Origin: Deltaproteobacteria bacterium
Lineage (GTDB): Bacteria; Desulfobacterota; GWC2-55-46; JADFVP01
Direction of reading: 5' to 3'
Assembly (NCBI GenBank): GCA_029262515.1
Contig: JAJCZH010000023.1
Coordinates: forward strand, 16,312-80,311
DNA length: 64,000 nt
The first letter of the stretch is position 1. Each line of letters begins with the position of its first letter. Under the pieces are notes generated by a model. It worked only from the letters and a program-made list of their open reading frames with translations, was not told where the DNA came from and did no database searches. Positions 1-9,462 of the stretch are shown here, piece after piece. Made by a program: the position numbers and the translations under genes.

Positions 1-163
1 TTGAGAGCAACAGTGTGATCAGCAAGTTTAGTTGTACGGTCTAATGACCTTTTAACAGTGCTCAAGGTAGATTATATATAAGTAGATAGGGCTTTTAATT
101 ACTGTTAACCGTTTTAGTCTTTTATATTAGAGACAAGAATAATAGAGACAAGGAGCAAGCGCA

Positions 164-1168
164 ATGAAAAGATTATTGATGTTGGGTAGTATGATATTTG
201 CTGCTGCACTCTTTATTAATGCAGACGTCTCGACGGCGGCACTAAAAACCGGAACGGTTACGGATTACACGACAGGGATGGCGGCAGGCGGTATTTCATT
301 TTCGAGGCATAACCTCGGATCGTTCGGCAGGGTTATAAGAAGCGGTAATACTACAGAGATATGCGTTTTCTGTCATACGCCTCACCATACCAATACTTCG
401 ATGGCTCCGATCTGGAACAGGGGTAACCCGACCAGTACATTCACTGCTTACGGACCGACTATAGGTGGCAGTACTATCTCTACCGTTGGTGGTCCTTCAC
501 TCGCTTGTCTCTCCTGTCATGATGGTGTAACAACCTTCGATAACATTGTAAACACTCCTGGTAAGGGTGGTGTTACACCGGGTGGAGTAGACAGGAATTG
601 GGGCTTCAATATGCCTGTAGGTAACCTCTTTCCTGGCTCCGATAATGTATTGTTAGATGCATTCCACCTCGCTCCCTCCCTCAACTGTGTACTTTACTGT
701 CATAACGCAGCTACTAAATTTGATGGTGAGCTTATAGCCAGTATGGTTATAGGAACCGACTTAACGAACGATCATCCTGTTTCAGTGGCATATGGTGGCG
801 GGCAGAAGGCGTCGCTCAGAGATGCAGCTACGGTTATCAGCACGATAGACCTGAAGGGTGACCTTGCGGCTTCGGCAGCTACCGCGTACAACAATAATCT
901 CGCACAGAACCGTTGGGCAGTAAAAGGGTTTATATCTGATACTGCCACGATCAGCGATCTGCTCAGGGACGGAAATGTTGAGTGTAGCTCATGTCATGAC
1001 CCGCACTTTAGCAACAAGAGCTGGGATGAGGTTGATGAAACATGGTTGATAGCCGGACCGGCTTCTACCTGGTGTAACAGTAATGAGGATTGCTCAGACG
1101 GCCTATTCCTGAGGCGTGTTGGCGGTAATACCGGAAGTGGCGTCTGTAGAACCTGTCACGAAAAATAG
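164..1168 (+). CDS. secreted multihaem c-type cytochrome (5 haem-binding motifs)
   Basis: AAGGAG lies 8 nt upstream of the ATG. There is an N-terminal signal peptide. Four CxxCH motifs (C67, C115, C274, C328) and one CxxxCH (C175-VLY-CH) are present. The CVFCHTPH / CSSCHDPH pattern is typical of doubled-CXXCH cytochromes. Confidence 0.85.
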   Translation: MKRLLMLGSMIFAAALFINADVSTAALKTGTVTDYTTGMAAGGISFSRHNLGSFGRVIRSGNTTEICVFCHTPHHTNTSMAPIWNRGNPTSTFTAYGPTIGGSTISTVGGPSLACLSCHDGVTTFDNIVNTPGKGGVTPGGVDRNWGFNMPVGNLFPGSDNVLLDAFHLAPSLNCVLYCHNAATKFDGELIASMVIGTDLTNDHPVSVAYGGGQKASLRDAATVISTIDLKGDLAASAATAYNNNLAQNRWAVKGFISDTATISDLLRDGNVECSSCHDPHFSNKSWDEVDETWLIAGPASTWCNSNEDCSDGLFLRRVGGNTGSGVCRTCHEK

Positions 1169-1200
1169 AGAGCCAGTTGCATCGGCTTACTGCATATATA

Positions 1201-1250
1201 GAAATGAAAATAGGCGCTACTCATAATTGGGTAGCGCCTATTTTCATTTC
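1201..1250 (+). terminator. hairpin terminator after the cytochrome gene
   Basis: Perfect 20-bp inverted repeat GAAATGAAAATAGGCGCTAC / GTAGCGCCTATTTTCATTTC with a 10-nt loop. The arm ends are U-rich. Confidence 0.6.
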
Positions 1251-1519
1251 GGTGTATTGGCACTAAGAGAGTGTACCGGTTTTATAACTCCAAGAGCCAG
1301 TGCCTGAATATACAGGATGAAATTAGTCATTGATCTTTTGTGTTAAATCGAGTATGCTGTAACTTAAGATTTAGCGGGCTTTTGTGTACAATAGTCCTTC
1401 TGCCTGTGCCGATACAGCTGCTACCATAGAGTAGTAGCTGTACAGTATTACAATAGTACAGGGTTTGCTCGCTGTTCATATGAGTCTGGCAGGAGCATGT
1501 ATATAGAGGTTGTGACAAT

Positions 1520-1918
1520 ATGCAGCAGCTCAGAATGTCAAAACGGGTTGGGGTAAATTATTCGGCTGTCTTTAAGTCGGATTCTGTCTCGACTGAGGGT
1601 GTAATTGACCAGATGAGCGAAGGCGGTCTCTCATTCTGCTGTTCGACAGAACTTGATACCAGCGCGGTTGGGCTTTTTATTTTTTCCGCTTTTGAAGGTG
1701 AACCACCGGTATCTGTTCAGGGGGAGTTGGTCTATATGCTTCCTGGTAAGAAGAGAGGCAGGGCAGCGAAGAATAATTCTCAGTACGGTGTTCGTTTTTT
1801 AGATAACGTGGGTGAACAGTATGAGAGCATTATAAAGATCGTTCGTTTTGCTACTGTACGCCAGAGATATTCAGCGGCAAAGAAGAGGCCGCTGACTACG
1901 ATAGTAAATGATGATTGA
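1520..1918 (+). CDS. PilZ-domain protein (putative c-di-GMP receptor)
   Basis: N-terminal RMSKR (RxxxR) is followed about 25 residues later by QMSEGG (D/N-x-S-x-x-G-like). Size is 132 aa. Confidence 0.55.
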   Translation: MQQLRMSKRVGVNYSAVFKSDSVSTEGVIDQMSEGGLSFCCSTELDTSAVGLFIFSAFEGEPPVSVQGELVYMLPGKKRGRAAKNNSQYGVRFLDNVGEQYESIIKIVRFATVRQRYSAAKKRPLTTIVNDD

Positions 1919-1972
1919 TATTGGGTTGAAAACGATGAGGGTTTGAAAAGGCAGCTAGTATTTGTGAGGCTT

Positions 1973-2015
1973 AAGAAAAGACCTTCAGTCGGTTACCGAC
2001 TGAAGGTCTTTTCTT
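1973..2015. terminator. bidirectional hairpin terminator between convergent genes
   Basis: Perfect 20-bp arms AAGAAAAGACCTTCAGTCGG / CCGACTGAAGGTCTTTTCTT with a 3-nt loop. A/T runs flank both sides. Confidence 0.65.
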
Positions 2016-2601
2016 ATTCCTGATCTGTTGCCGGAGTTTCCGTAACAGGATTTAGCTCGCCGTTTTCATTGAGCTTGCCGTTTTTATCGATGGGCAGAGG
2101 TGGAAGCTCTTCTGCCTCTTTCTTCTGTAGTTCGTTTACCCTGAACTCCATATCGATTATCTTTATCAGCATTTCATTAGCCATGCTGCTCCTGATCTTG
2201 TCCATATTTTTGGTGATCACGAGTTTGAGTTCGGCGATATCACGAGAAAAAGCATTAAGGTCCTTACCGAAGTGGTTCATTCTGGTTTGAAGCTTTGAGT
2301 GGTTCTTCTGAAGCAGCATATACCGGGTGGTCAGTTTGTTTAGAGTGACTGAGCGGTCGGTGGTCTGTGCGTTTAAGCGTTCGTAAATTTTATCGTATTC
2401 TTGTTTGTCGAGTTCAATCCTGTTGAGCAGCTTAGACATATCCCGGTTATAGGTGGAGCGTGATATACAGCCGGGTAATACCAGAGTCGGAACAAGCAGC
2501 AGCAGTAAGAGGCTCGACCTTTTGAGTCCCCTGCTTCTTGCCGATACCGAGGCAGTGGTATTGAATCTGTCGGTTATTATATGTTTGTCGTTTCTTTTCA
2601 T
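2014..2601 (-). CDS. coiled-coil lipoprotein, unknown function
   Basis: Signal peptide with lipobox LPGC. The rest of the protein is heptad-like and K/E/L/N-rich. Confidence 0.55.
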   Translation of the reverse strand: MKRNDKHIITDRFNTTASVSARSRGLKRSSLLLLLLVPTLVLPGCISRSTYNRDMSKLLNRIELDKQEYDKIYERLNAQTTDRSVTLNKLTTRYMLLQKNHSKLQTRMNHFGKDLNAFSRDIAELKLVITKNMDKIRSSMANEMLIKIIDMEFRVNELQKKEAEELPPLPIDKNGKLNENGELNPVTETPATDQE

Positions 2602-2763
2602 TATTATGTCCAGGTTCTTTACGTAATTATATTATTTCTATCTGTAGAGTGAGTTATATTAACAGATTTTTCTAAAAAATACAGTTAAAAGCTGATTAAA
2701 GTTGCTGTTTTTTATGTTTTTTTGATTCTACAGCTTGATCTAACCCTGATAAGCTCAAAGTAA

Positions 2764-2791
2764 TTGACTTAACGTACGGTTTTGGTATACT
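2764..2791 (+). promoter_or_regulatory. sigma70-type promoter upstream of rpsU
   Basis: TTGACT (2764-2769), 16-nt spacer, extended -10 TGgTATACT (2783-2791). Confidence 0.5.
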
Positions 2792-2900
2792 TTATAGCTT
2801 ACTCTTCGGCAGACAAGTTTCTTAAGTCGTTTCTAGTATTGTAGTAACGCGGATGTACTTCGAAGAGTATGAAAAAATTGCGAAGAGGAGGTGTTGTTTT

Positions 2901-3104
2901 TTGTCAGAGGTAAAGGTCTACGATGACCAGCTTGAAAAAGCGCTGAAGATCCTTAAGCGCAAGCTTGCCCAAGACGGTACTTTTAAAGAAATAAAGAAGA
3001 GGCGTTTTTACGAGAAGCCCAGCGTTAAGAAGAAGAGAAAGCGTCAGGAGGCGGCTAAACGTCGCGCCAAAGCGATAAAAAAGAGTAGAAGGTTCAGGGA
3101 CTAG
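2901..3104 (+). CDS. rpsU: 30S ribosomal protein S21
   Basis: SEVKVYDDQLEKALKILKRKLAQDG...FYEKPS..KKKRK is a classic S21 sequence. A TTG start at 2901 is preceded by GAGGAGG. The tracked ORF start at 2853 would add a non-S21 extension. Confidence 0.9.
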   Translation: MSEVKVYDDQLEKALKILKRKLAQDGTFKEIKKRRFYEKPSVKKKRKRQEAAKRRAKAIKKSRRFRD

Positions 3105-3147
3105 CGGATACCAGGTTAGTTTCTTACTATTTGTATTCTTATTATAG

Positions 3148-3184
3148 ATGATGGGCTGAACGGTTTTACTGTTCAGCCCATCAT
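3148..3184. terminator. hairpin terminator between convergent rpsU and acs
   Basis: 14-bp arms ATGATGGGCTGAAC / GTTCAGCCCATCAT with a 9-nt loop. Confidence 0.6.
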
Positions 3185-3221
3185 TCTGTTTTGGCTATTA
3201 TGTTTTTAACACTGCGGCACT

Positions 3222-5201
3222 TTAGAGCCTGTTCATGACGATACTCTCAACAACGCCAGGATCGGCCAGTGTGGAGGTGTCTCCGAGGTCGGGCTCACCG
3301 CAGGCTACTTTACGCAGTATCCTTCTCATGATCTTTCCGCTTCGAGTCTTAGGCAGTCCTGCGCAGAACTGGAGTTTATCCGGTTTTGCTATGGCGCTGA
3401 TCTCAACCTTTATATGTCCGTTCAGCTCCGCTCTTAACTCTGCAGTCTCCTCGGTACCGGAGTTGAGAACAACGTATGCGTAGATTCCTTCGCCCTTGAT
3501 GTCGTGCGGGTAACCTACCACGGCTGCCTCTGCAACCACGGGGTGAGAAACCAGCGCGCTCTCTATCTCTGCCGTGCCGAGCCTGTGGCCCGACACGTTC
3601 AGCACGTCATCTATTCTTCCGAGCAGCCAGTAGTCACCGTCGGCATCTATTCGGGCGCCGTCCCCCGAAGTATATGTCCCGGGAAAGCGGCTGTAGTAGA
3701 CCTCTTTAACTCTCTTGTTCTCCGGGTCTCCGTAGGTTCCGCGTAACATTCCCGGCCACGGTTTTTCTATTACCAGGTAGCCGCCCTCGTCTACTGCCGC
3801 CTCAGTGCCGTCTTCTTTTACTATTTTTGGGACAACCCCGAAAAAGGGTTTTGTGGCAGAGCCGGGTTTAAGCGTAGTGGCTCCGGGGAGCGGGGAGATA
3901 AGTATGCCGCCGGTCTCTGTCTGCCACCACGTGTCGAGTACCGGCAGTTTACCCTTGCCTACCACGTTGTGGTACCACATCCAGGCCTCGGGGTTTATCG
4001 GCTCTCCTACGCTGCCGAGTATCCTTAAAGAAGAGAGGTCGTGTTTCTCTACCCATTCGTTGCCGGACTTTATGAGGGCGCGTATTGCAGTCGGTGCGGT
4101 ATAGAAGATATTGACCTTGTGTTTTTCTATAACCTCCCAGAACCGGTCGGGTTCGGGGTAGGTGGGAATGCCTTCGAACATCAGCGTTGTCGCCCCGCAT
4201 GTGAGTGGCCCGTAGACTATATAACTGTGGCCCGTGACCCAGCCGATATCCGCCGTGCAGAAGTAGATCTCTCCGTCTTTGTAGTCGAAGATCCACTTGA
4301 AGGTGAGGGCGGCGTATAGGAGGTATCCGCCAGTGGTGTGGAGCACGCCTTTGGGTTTGCCTGTAGAGCCGCTGGTATAGAGTATGAAGAGCGGGTCTTC
4401 CGCATCCATGCTCTCAGGCGTGCAGTAGTCGGTTATGTCGTCCGAGTCCAGTTCATCGTGCCACCAGTGGTCCCGCCCGTCTACCATATCGACCTCAGCG
4501 CCGGTTCGCCTGACCACTAGAACCTTTTCGACAGTCGGACAGGAGGTGAGAGCATCATCGACATTCTTTTTCATCGGGATTGTGCGTCCGCCTCTGATGC
4601 CTTCGTCGGAGGTTATGACGAAAGACGATGATGAGTCGTGTATACGGTCCTGTATGGCGCTAGGGCTGAAGCCACCAAAGACGACGGAGTGGATCGCGCC
4701 TATTCTGGAGACCGCGAGAAGCGAGAAGGCGAGTTCCGGTATCATCGGCAGATAGATCGTTACCCGGTCACCCTTGGCGACACCCATCTTTTTCAGTACG
4801 TTTGCAAGGCGGTTTACGATTAGTGAGAGTTCCAGGTAGGTGTAACTCTTTGTGCTGCCGTCGTCGGCTTCCCAGAGGATAGCAACACTCTCTTTCTTAT
4901 CCGTATTCAGGTGGCGGTCTATGCAGTTGTACGAGGCATTCAGTCGGCCGCCTTTAAACCATTTGAATTCGGGTTTGTCAAAATCGTACTCAAGCACCCG
5001 GTTCCATGGGGTGTCCCAATCTAGCATCTCGGTGGCCATACGCCCCCAAAAACCTTCGGGGTCGTTTACAGATTCGGCGTAGAGCTCGTCATACTCTTTT
5101 AAACCTTTTATATGTGCAGAGCTTGATATATCGTCAGAGGGTGGAAAGTGCCTCTCTTCATGCAGCAGCACCTCTATGCTATCATCTGCTTCTTCGGTCA
5201 T
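3222..5201 (-). CDS. acs: acetyl-CoA synthetase (acetate--CoA ligase)
   Basis: Full-length Acs-like sequence with AMP-binding motif [11 protein letters not shown] and C-terminal [11 protein letters not shown]. The start is set at MTEEADD (ATG 5201) behind GGAGGAGAGC. Confidence 0.95.
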   Translation of the reverse strand: MTEEADDSIEVLLHEERHFPPSDDISSSAHIKGLKEYDELYAESVNDPEGFWGRMATEMLDWDTPWNRVLEYDFDKPEFKWFKGGRLNASYNCIDRHLNTDKKESVAILWEADDGSTKSYTYLELSLIVNRLANVLKKMGVAKGDRVTIYLPMIPELAFSLLAVSRIGAIHSVVFGGFSPSAIQDRIHDSSSSFVITSDEGIRGGRTIPMKKNVDDALTSCPTVEKVLVVRRTGAEVDMVDGRDHWWHDELDSDDITDYCTPESMDAEDPLFILYTSGSTGKPKGVLHTTGGYLLYAALTFKWIFDYKDGEIYFCTADIGWVTGHSYIVYGPLTCGATTLMFEGIPTYPEPDRFWEVIEKHKVNIFYTAPTAIRALIKSGNEWVEKHDLSSLRILGSVGEPINPEAWMWYHNVVGKGKLPVLDTWWQTETGGILISPLPGATTLKPGSATKPFFGVVPKIVKEDGTEAAVDEGGYLVIEKPWPGMLRGTYGDPENKRVKEVYYSRFPGTYTSGDGARIDADGDYWLLGRIDDVLNVSGHRLGTAEIESALVSHPVVAEAAVVGYPHDIKGEGIYAYVVLNSGTEETAELRAELNGHIKVEISAIAKPDKLQFCAGLPKTRSGKIMRRILRKVACGEPDLGDTSTLADPGVVESIVMNRL

Positions 5202-5470
5202 GCTCTCCTCCCGTTCATTTTGATTGGTAAGACAGGTTATATTTGGCGGACACACCTAATAAAAAAGATACTCTAAGGTTGCAGCTATGTCAAGTCGGGC
5301 CCTGGATTGAAAAGCCAATTCCTGGCGAAGAAAAAGCATATCAGGCCTCTGCTTGCATAATAGATAGATGTATGGTAAATTTCACTCTTAATTCAACCAT
5401 TTTCGCTCGGTTCTCTCTTTACGGACAAACGGCAAATCCTGCCTTTCGGGGCATATTTCGAGTAGAGTCC

Positions 5471-5731
5471 ATGCTTTTCGGTTACAACCAGAATATCATA
5501 TACAGCGGTAATATGTACCATATCCAGACCGAAGACGGCGGTAAGTCGAATCCGATGGTGACGACGTTGCTCTTTCTCGGCGGCTCGATAGCGTATAAGA
5601 AGACAACGCCGTACATAGATATACTCAATTCCGAAAACCTGGAAGAGGTAGTGAGAGAGATAATGAACGACCAGCACAAAGGGGTTATAAAAGACCTGGT
5701 TGGCGGTCAGCTCGACGAAGAGCTTAAGTAA
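5471..5731 (+). CDS. small conserved-looking hypothetical protein (YHIQTEDGG motif)
   Basis: 86 codons counted from the internal ATG at 5471. The longer tracked ORF (from 5243) would overlap the acs start and promoter region. The start is uncertain. Confidence 0.4.
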   Translation: MLFGYNQNIIYSGNMYHIQTEDGGKSNPMVTTLLFLGGSIAYKKTTPYIDILNSENLEEVVREIMNDQHKGVIKDLVGGQLDEELK

Positions 5732-5828
5732 GTAGAATAAGGGTTTTTCCCCGCTCGTGGCCGGCTAGTCACACACTGTTCTCAATTTTTGCGGGGGAAA
5801 GCCTCTTTTATATATGGGATAAGTTGGT

Positions 5829-7082
5829 ATGGCGATAACGTCTATACGTGGTTTTAACGATATACTGCCGGGTACGAGCGGGCAGTGGAGATGGATAGAG
5901 GAGACCGCTTTTTCGCTCTTCGGCCTCTACGGCTTCTCCGAGATTCGTATTCCAGTGGTCGAAAAGACTGAGCTCTTCTGTCGATCGATCGGCGAGACGA
6001 CCGATATTGTCGAAAAGGAGATGTACACCTTTCCGGACCGTCGCGGCGACTCCATGACTCTCAGGCCCGAAGGCACGGCGAGTGTAGTAAGGGCCTATAT
6101 AGAACGGAAGCTCTATACAGCACCTGTCTCGAAGCTCTGCTACACGGGCCCCATGTTCAGGTACGAGCGGCCTCAGAAGGGGCGTTACCGCCAGTTCTAC
6201 CAGATTGGCGCCGAGGTTCTTGGTGACCCCAGCCCAGGCGTGGATGCCGAAACGCTTGAGATGCTGATGAGGTACTTTGCAGCTTTAGGCGTAGAGGGAG
6301 TGGAGCTAAAGATCAACTCCCTCGGTTGCGCCGCTTGCCGCCCTGCTTATAAAGAGAGGTTGCTCGGTTTCCTCAAGAACACCGAGGACAGGCTCTGTGA
6401 GAACTGCGTAAGGCGTATAGGCACGAATCCGTTACGCGCACTTGATTGCAAGAGCCCGGGTTGTATTGAAGCTACGGTAGGCGCGCCAGAGATTACGGAC
6501 TGTCTCTGTGGCAAGTGTAATACTCACTTTGAAGAGGTAAAGAGCGCACTCTCGCTCTACGGCCACGATTTTATAGTGGACTCCAGGATGGTGCGAGGCC
6601 TGGACTATTACTCGCGCACTACGTTTGAGATAACCTCCGGCGCGCTCGGCTCCCAGAACGCGGTTGCCGCAGGAGGCAGGTACGACTCTCTGGTTAAAGA
6701 ACTCGGCGGTCCCGATACGCCCTGTTTCGGTTTTGCGATCGGTATGGAGCGGCTCGCCCTTGTACTTGGTACAGACTCTTTTAGCCCCACGGAACTCTCG
6801 GTCTTTATTCCGATGGGCGCTGGCACCAAAGAGGCCAGCGTTGGTATCGTCAGGGCCTTAAGAGAGAGCGGGTTACCGGTTGCAGAGGATTTTTCAGAGA
6901 CCTCGCTCAAGAGCCGTATGAAGCGCGCAGACAGGCTCGGAGCGCGTTTCGTAATGATACTAGGAGCCGACGAGTTGGCCGAAGAGTCGGTAACTCTTAA
7001 GGATATGGCGGCGGGCACGCAGGATCTCGTAAAGTGGAACGGACTTGAGAGTCTGCTTGCCGAGCGTCTAACGTCCCGGTAA
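5829..7082 (+). CDS. hisS: histidyl-tRNA synthetase
   Basis: Class II aaRS motifs (RPEGTA, MFRYERPQKGRYRQFYQ, GGRYD) and an anticodon-binding C-terminus. Confidence 0.95.
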   Translation: MAITSIRGFNDILPGTSGQWRWIEETAFSLFGLYGFSEIRIPVVEKTELFCRSIGETTDIVEKEMYTFPDRRGDSMTLRPEGTASVVRAYIERKLYTAPVSKLCYTGPMFRYERPQKGRYRQFYQIGAEVLGDPSPGVDAETLEMLMRYFAALGVEGVELKINSLGCAACRPAYKERLLGFLKNTEDRLCENCVRRIGTNPLRALDCKSPGCIEATVGAPEITDCLCGKCNTHFEEVKSALSLYGHDFIVDSRMVRGLDYYSRTTFEITSGALGSQNAVAAGGRYDSLVKELGGPDTPCFGFAIGMERLALVLGTDSFSPTELSVFIPMGAGTKEASVGIVRALRESGLPVAEDFSETSLKSRMKRADRLGARFVMILGADELAEESVTLKDMAAGTQDLVKWNGLESLLAERLTSR

Positions 7083-7117
7083 ACCCTGTAATTCAAAGAG
7101 GCTGGAGGCCCTTTTTT

Positions 7118-7423
7118 ATGGCTGCTTTTCCCGATGCGTCATTGAGTATGCTGGTTGCTTCGATCATCTTTTTTTTCGTGGCCGCAGGCGTGGTTCTGGT
7201 TTTATGGATCGCCATGCCTTTCTCTCTATTCGGCCTCAAGACATCGCTGAAGGCCGTTACCGAAGAGCAGGAAGAGACCAACAGGCTGCTCAGAAGTATA
7301 CTCAATACCCTGATGGAAAAAGATGACAGGGAGAGGCGTCTTTCCGGGGCGCGTGATGCCGGGTTGCCGGGGCCTAAAGAGCACGAAATTTTTAAGAAGG
7401 TAGAAGAAGAGGGTGTTGAATAG
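7118..7423 (+). CDS. small single-pass membrane protein, unknown function
   Basis: One hydrophobic helix followed by a charged tail. GGAGG lies upstream. I recognise no family. Confidence 0.4.
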   Translation: MAAFPDASLSMLVASIIFFFVAAGVVLVLWIAMPFSLFGLKTSLKAVTEEQEETNRLLRSILNTLMEKDDRERRLSGARDAGLPGPKEHEIFKKVEEEGVE

Positions 7424-7494
7424 AGACTCGTTAAAACGCGTCAGGAACGCACGTTGGTTAACGAGCAGTACTGTATGTAAGATGTGGAACCCGT

Positions 7495-8073
7495 ATGAAG
7501 ATAACCTCTGCCGAGTTTGTAAAGTCTGCGGTCCTTCGGTCGAAGTACCCCAAAGAGCGACTGCCGGAAATAATGCTTGTAGGCCGGTCGAACGTCGGCA
7601 AGAGCTCGCTGATAAATACGCTTATAAACCGCAGGGGGCTCGCCAAGACGAGTTCTACGCCGGGTAAGACCCAGACCCTCAACTTTTATCGCATTAACGG
7701 GGCTTTTACCTTTGTCGACCTTCCGGGTTTCGGTTATGCCAAGGTGCCGCTCGAAGTCAAGCGCCACTGGAAGAGGATGGTCAATGAGTATGTTGAGTGC
7801 CGCAAGAATATAAAAGGCGCAATACTGCTGCTCGATGTGAGAAGGGACCCCGGAGATGTCGAGCGCGATCTTATTGGGTGGCTCGATACTTCTGGTATTC
7901 CGGTGGTTCTGGTTCTGACCAAGACCGACAAGTTGTCGAGCAACAAGCTATTTGCCAGGGTATCGGTTATAAAGAAGGCGCTTGAAGTTGAAGATATACT
8001 GCCTTTCAGCTCGGTCACAAAGGCCGGAAGGCTCGAACTGCTCCAGAGGGTAGTGGAGTTGATAAAGAGTTAG
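7495..8073 (+). CDS. engB: ribosome biogenesis GTPase YihA/EngB
   Basis: G1 motif GRSNVGKSS, G3 motif DLPGFG, G4 motif TKTDK. Confidence 0.9.
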   Translation: MKITSAEFVKSAVLRSKYPKERLPEIMLVGRSNVGKSSLINTLINRRGLAKTSSTPGKTQTLNFYRINGAFTFVDLPGFGYAKVPLEVKRHWKRMVNEYVECRKNIKGAILLLDVRRDPGDVERDLIGWLDTSGIPVVLVLTKTDKLSSNKLFARVSVIKKALEVEDILPFSSVTKAGRLELLQRVVELIKS

Positions 8074-8120
8074 GGTCGGTTTGTACATTTACTTTCTAAA
8101 AGGGCTGGAGATAGGGAAAC

Positions 8121-9425
8121 ATGGAGTTTGACGTAGAGATGACGGGAGCGGCCTACGGCGGCAATTTTGTCGGAAGGATAGAGGGCAAGGTAGTTTTTGT
8201 TCCCTTTACCGCTACTGGCGAGGTGGCCCGCGTAGAGGTCGTGGAAGAGAAGAAGAGTTTTTCTTCGGGATCTGTGGTAGAAATTTTAAACCCGTCAGGG
8301 GCGCGGGTGGCGCCGGAGTGCGCGGTTTTTGGCAGTTGCGGCGGCTGCAGCTATCAGCATATAGAGTACTCCGAGCAGGTACGGGTTAAAGAGGGGATTT
8401 TTCTCGATACCTTGAAGCGCCTCGGCGGTATTGTGCCTGAAAAGGTAGAGTCCGCAATTGCGGCCTCTGAGCCGTACGGTTACAGGTCGAGGGCGCGTAT
8501 CCATGTGGACGGCAACAGGTTCGGTTTCTTTAAGATCAATACCAACACTGTTGTCGATATAGATAATTGCCCCCTGCTCGATCCTCTCTTGAGTGACCTC
8601 TTTATTACGATCAAAAAGGCCCTGTTGGAGACGCCGCTTCCCGGCCTCTATGAACTCGAAATTGGTTGTAGCCGTGAGCAGGGTTCAACGCTTGCGCGTC
8701 TCTGTCTCGATGGCAAATCCGATTATGATTTTAAGGGTCTGCTTTCAACTGTTCCGGGGCTCAAGGGTTTAGAGATACGCCTTAGAACAGGCGGCAGGCA
8801 CTCCTCGACGCCGGCCCGCGTAATAGGTGCTTACGGTGATAACCTGTGCTCATACACTGTAGGAGGCATAAATCACCTGGCGCCGCTCGGGGTCTTTACT
8901 CAGGCGAACGTTACCGGGAATGAACGCCTTGTGGAGATCGTTGCGCAGTATGCAACAGAGGGGCGCGTGGAGCGGGGTCCGCTTGTGCTCGACCTCCATT
9001 GCGGCTCCGGGAACCTGAGCCTTGCGCTCGCTTCCCGTTTCGAACGGTGTATAGGGGTTGAGTCCGATTCTGCCGCAGTTACCGCAGCCAGGAACAATGC
9101 CGAAGCCAACGGCGTAACCGAAGTTGAGTTTGTACGTATGGAGGCGGGCAAGTGGCTAACATCTACTGCTCCAAGGCTCGACGGGTTCAAGGATGCGGTG
9201 GTGGTGCTCGACCCGCCAAGAGGTGGAGACAGGGCCTCGGCCCGTGCCGTGGCGGAACTCGCCCCCAGGCGTATCGTATATGTGTCGTGCTCGCCGCCCA
9301 CGCTCGCTAGAGATTTACAGGCTATTGCTACCAAAGGATACAGCTGTACAAGAGCAGTGCTTCTTGATATGTTTCCGCAGACATACCATATGGAGAGCGT
9401 TGTGGTTATGGAGCGGCAAGACTGA
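8121..9425 (+). CDS. 23S rRNA (uracil-C5)-methyltransferase, RlmD/RumA family
   Basis: N-terminal TRAM-like domain, Fe-S cysteines (C..CGGCSYQH), SAM motif LDLHCGSGN, DPPRGG, catalytic-Cys region YVSCSP. Confidence 0.85.
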   Translation: MEFDVEMTGAAYGGNFVGRIEGKVVFVPFTATGEVARVEVVEEKKSFSSGSVVEILNPSGARVAPECAVFGSCGGCSYQHIEYSEQVRVKEGIFLDTLKRLGGIVPEKVESAIAASEPYGYRSRARIHVDGNRFGFFKINTNTVVDIDNCPLLDPLLSDLFITIKKALLETPLPGLYELEIGCSREQGSTLARLCLDGKSDYDFKGLLSTVPGLKGLEIRLRTGGRHSSTPARVIGAYGDNLCSYTVGGINHLAPLGVFTQANVTGNERLVEIVAQYATEGRVERGPLVLDLHCGSGNLSLALASRFERCIGVESDSAAVTAARNNAEANGVTEVEFVRMEAGKWLTSTAPRLDGFKDAVVVLDPPRGGDRASARAVAELAPRRIVYVSCSPPTLARDLQAIATKGYSCTRAVLLDMFPQTYHMESVVVMERQD

Positions 9426-9462
9426 AACTGCAAGATTTGAAGAGCCGGAAGGAGAAGATAGT

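Noticed and set aside
5243-5470. The upstream part of the 162-codon ORF, which overlaps the acs start region.
   Set aside because: It would overlap the acs start codon and SD on the opposite strand, and it encodes non-descript sequence. Only the C-terminal 86 codons look protein-like.
8900-9433. A 177-codon antisense ORF inside the rRNA methyltransferase gene. Similar cases are 37790-38338 opposite folD and 59380-59889 opposite argB.
   Set aside because: The products are low-complexity (A/S/T/P/R-rich), as is typical of antisense frames. They have no start signals, and the sense-strand genes are unambiguous.
9193-9462. A 90-codon upstream extension of the greA ORF that overlaps the 3' end of the methyltransferase gene.
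   Set aside because: The extension has no GreA similarity. The internal ATG at 9463 has an SD and gives the canonical GreA size of about 160 aa.
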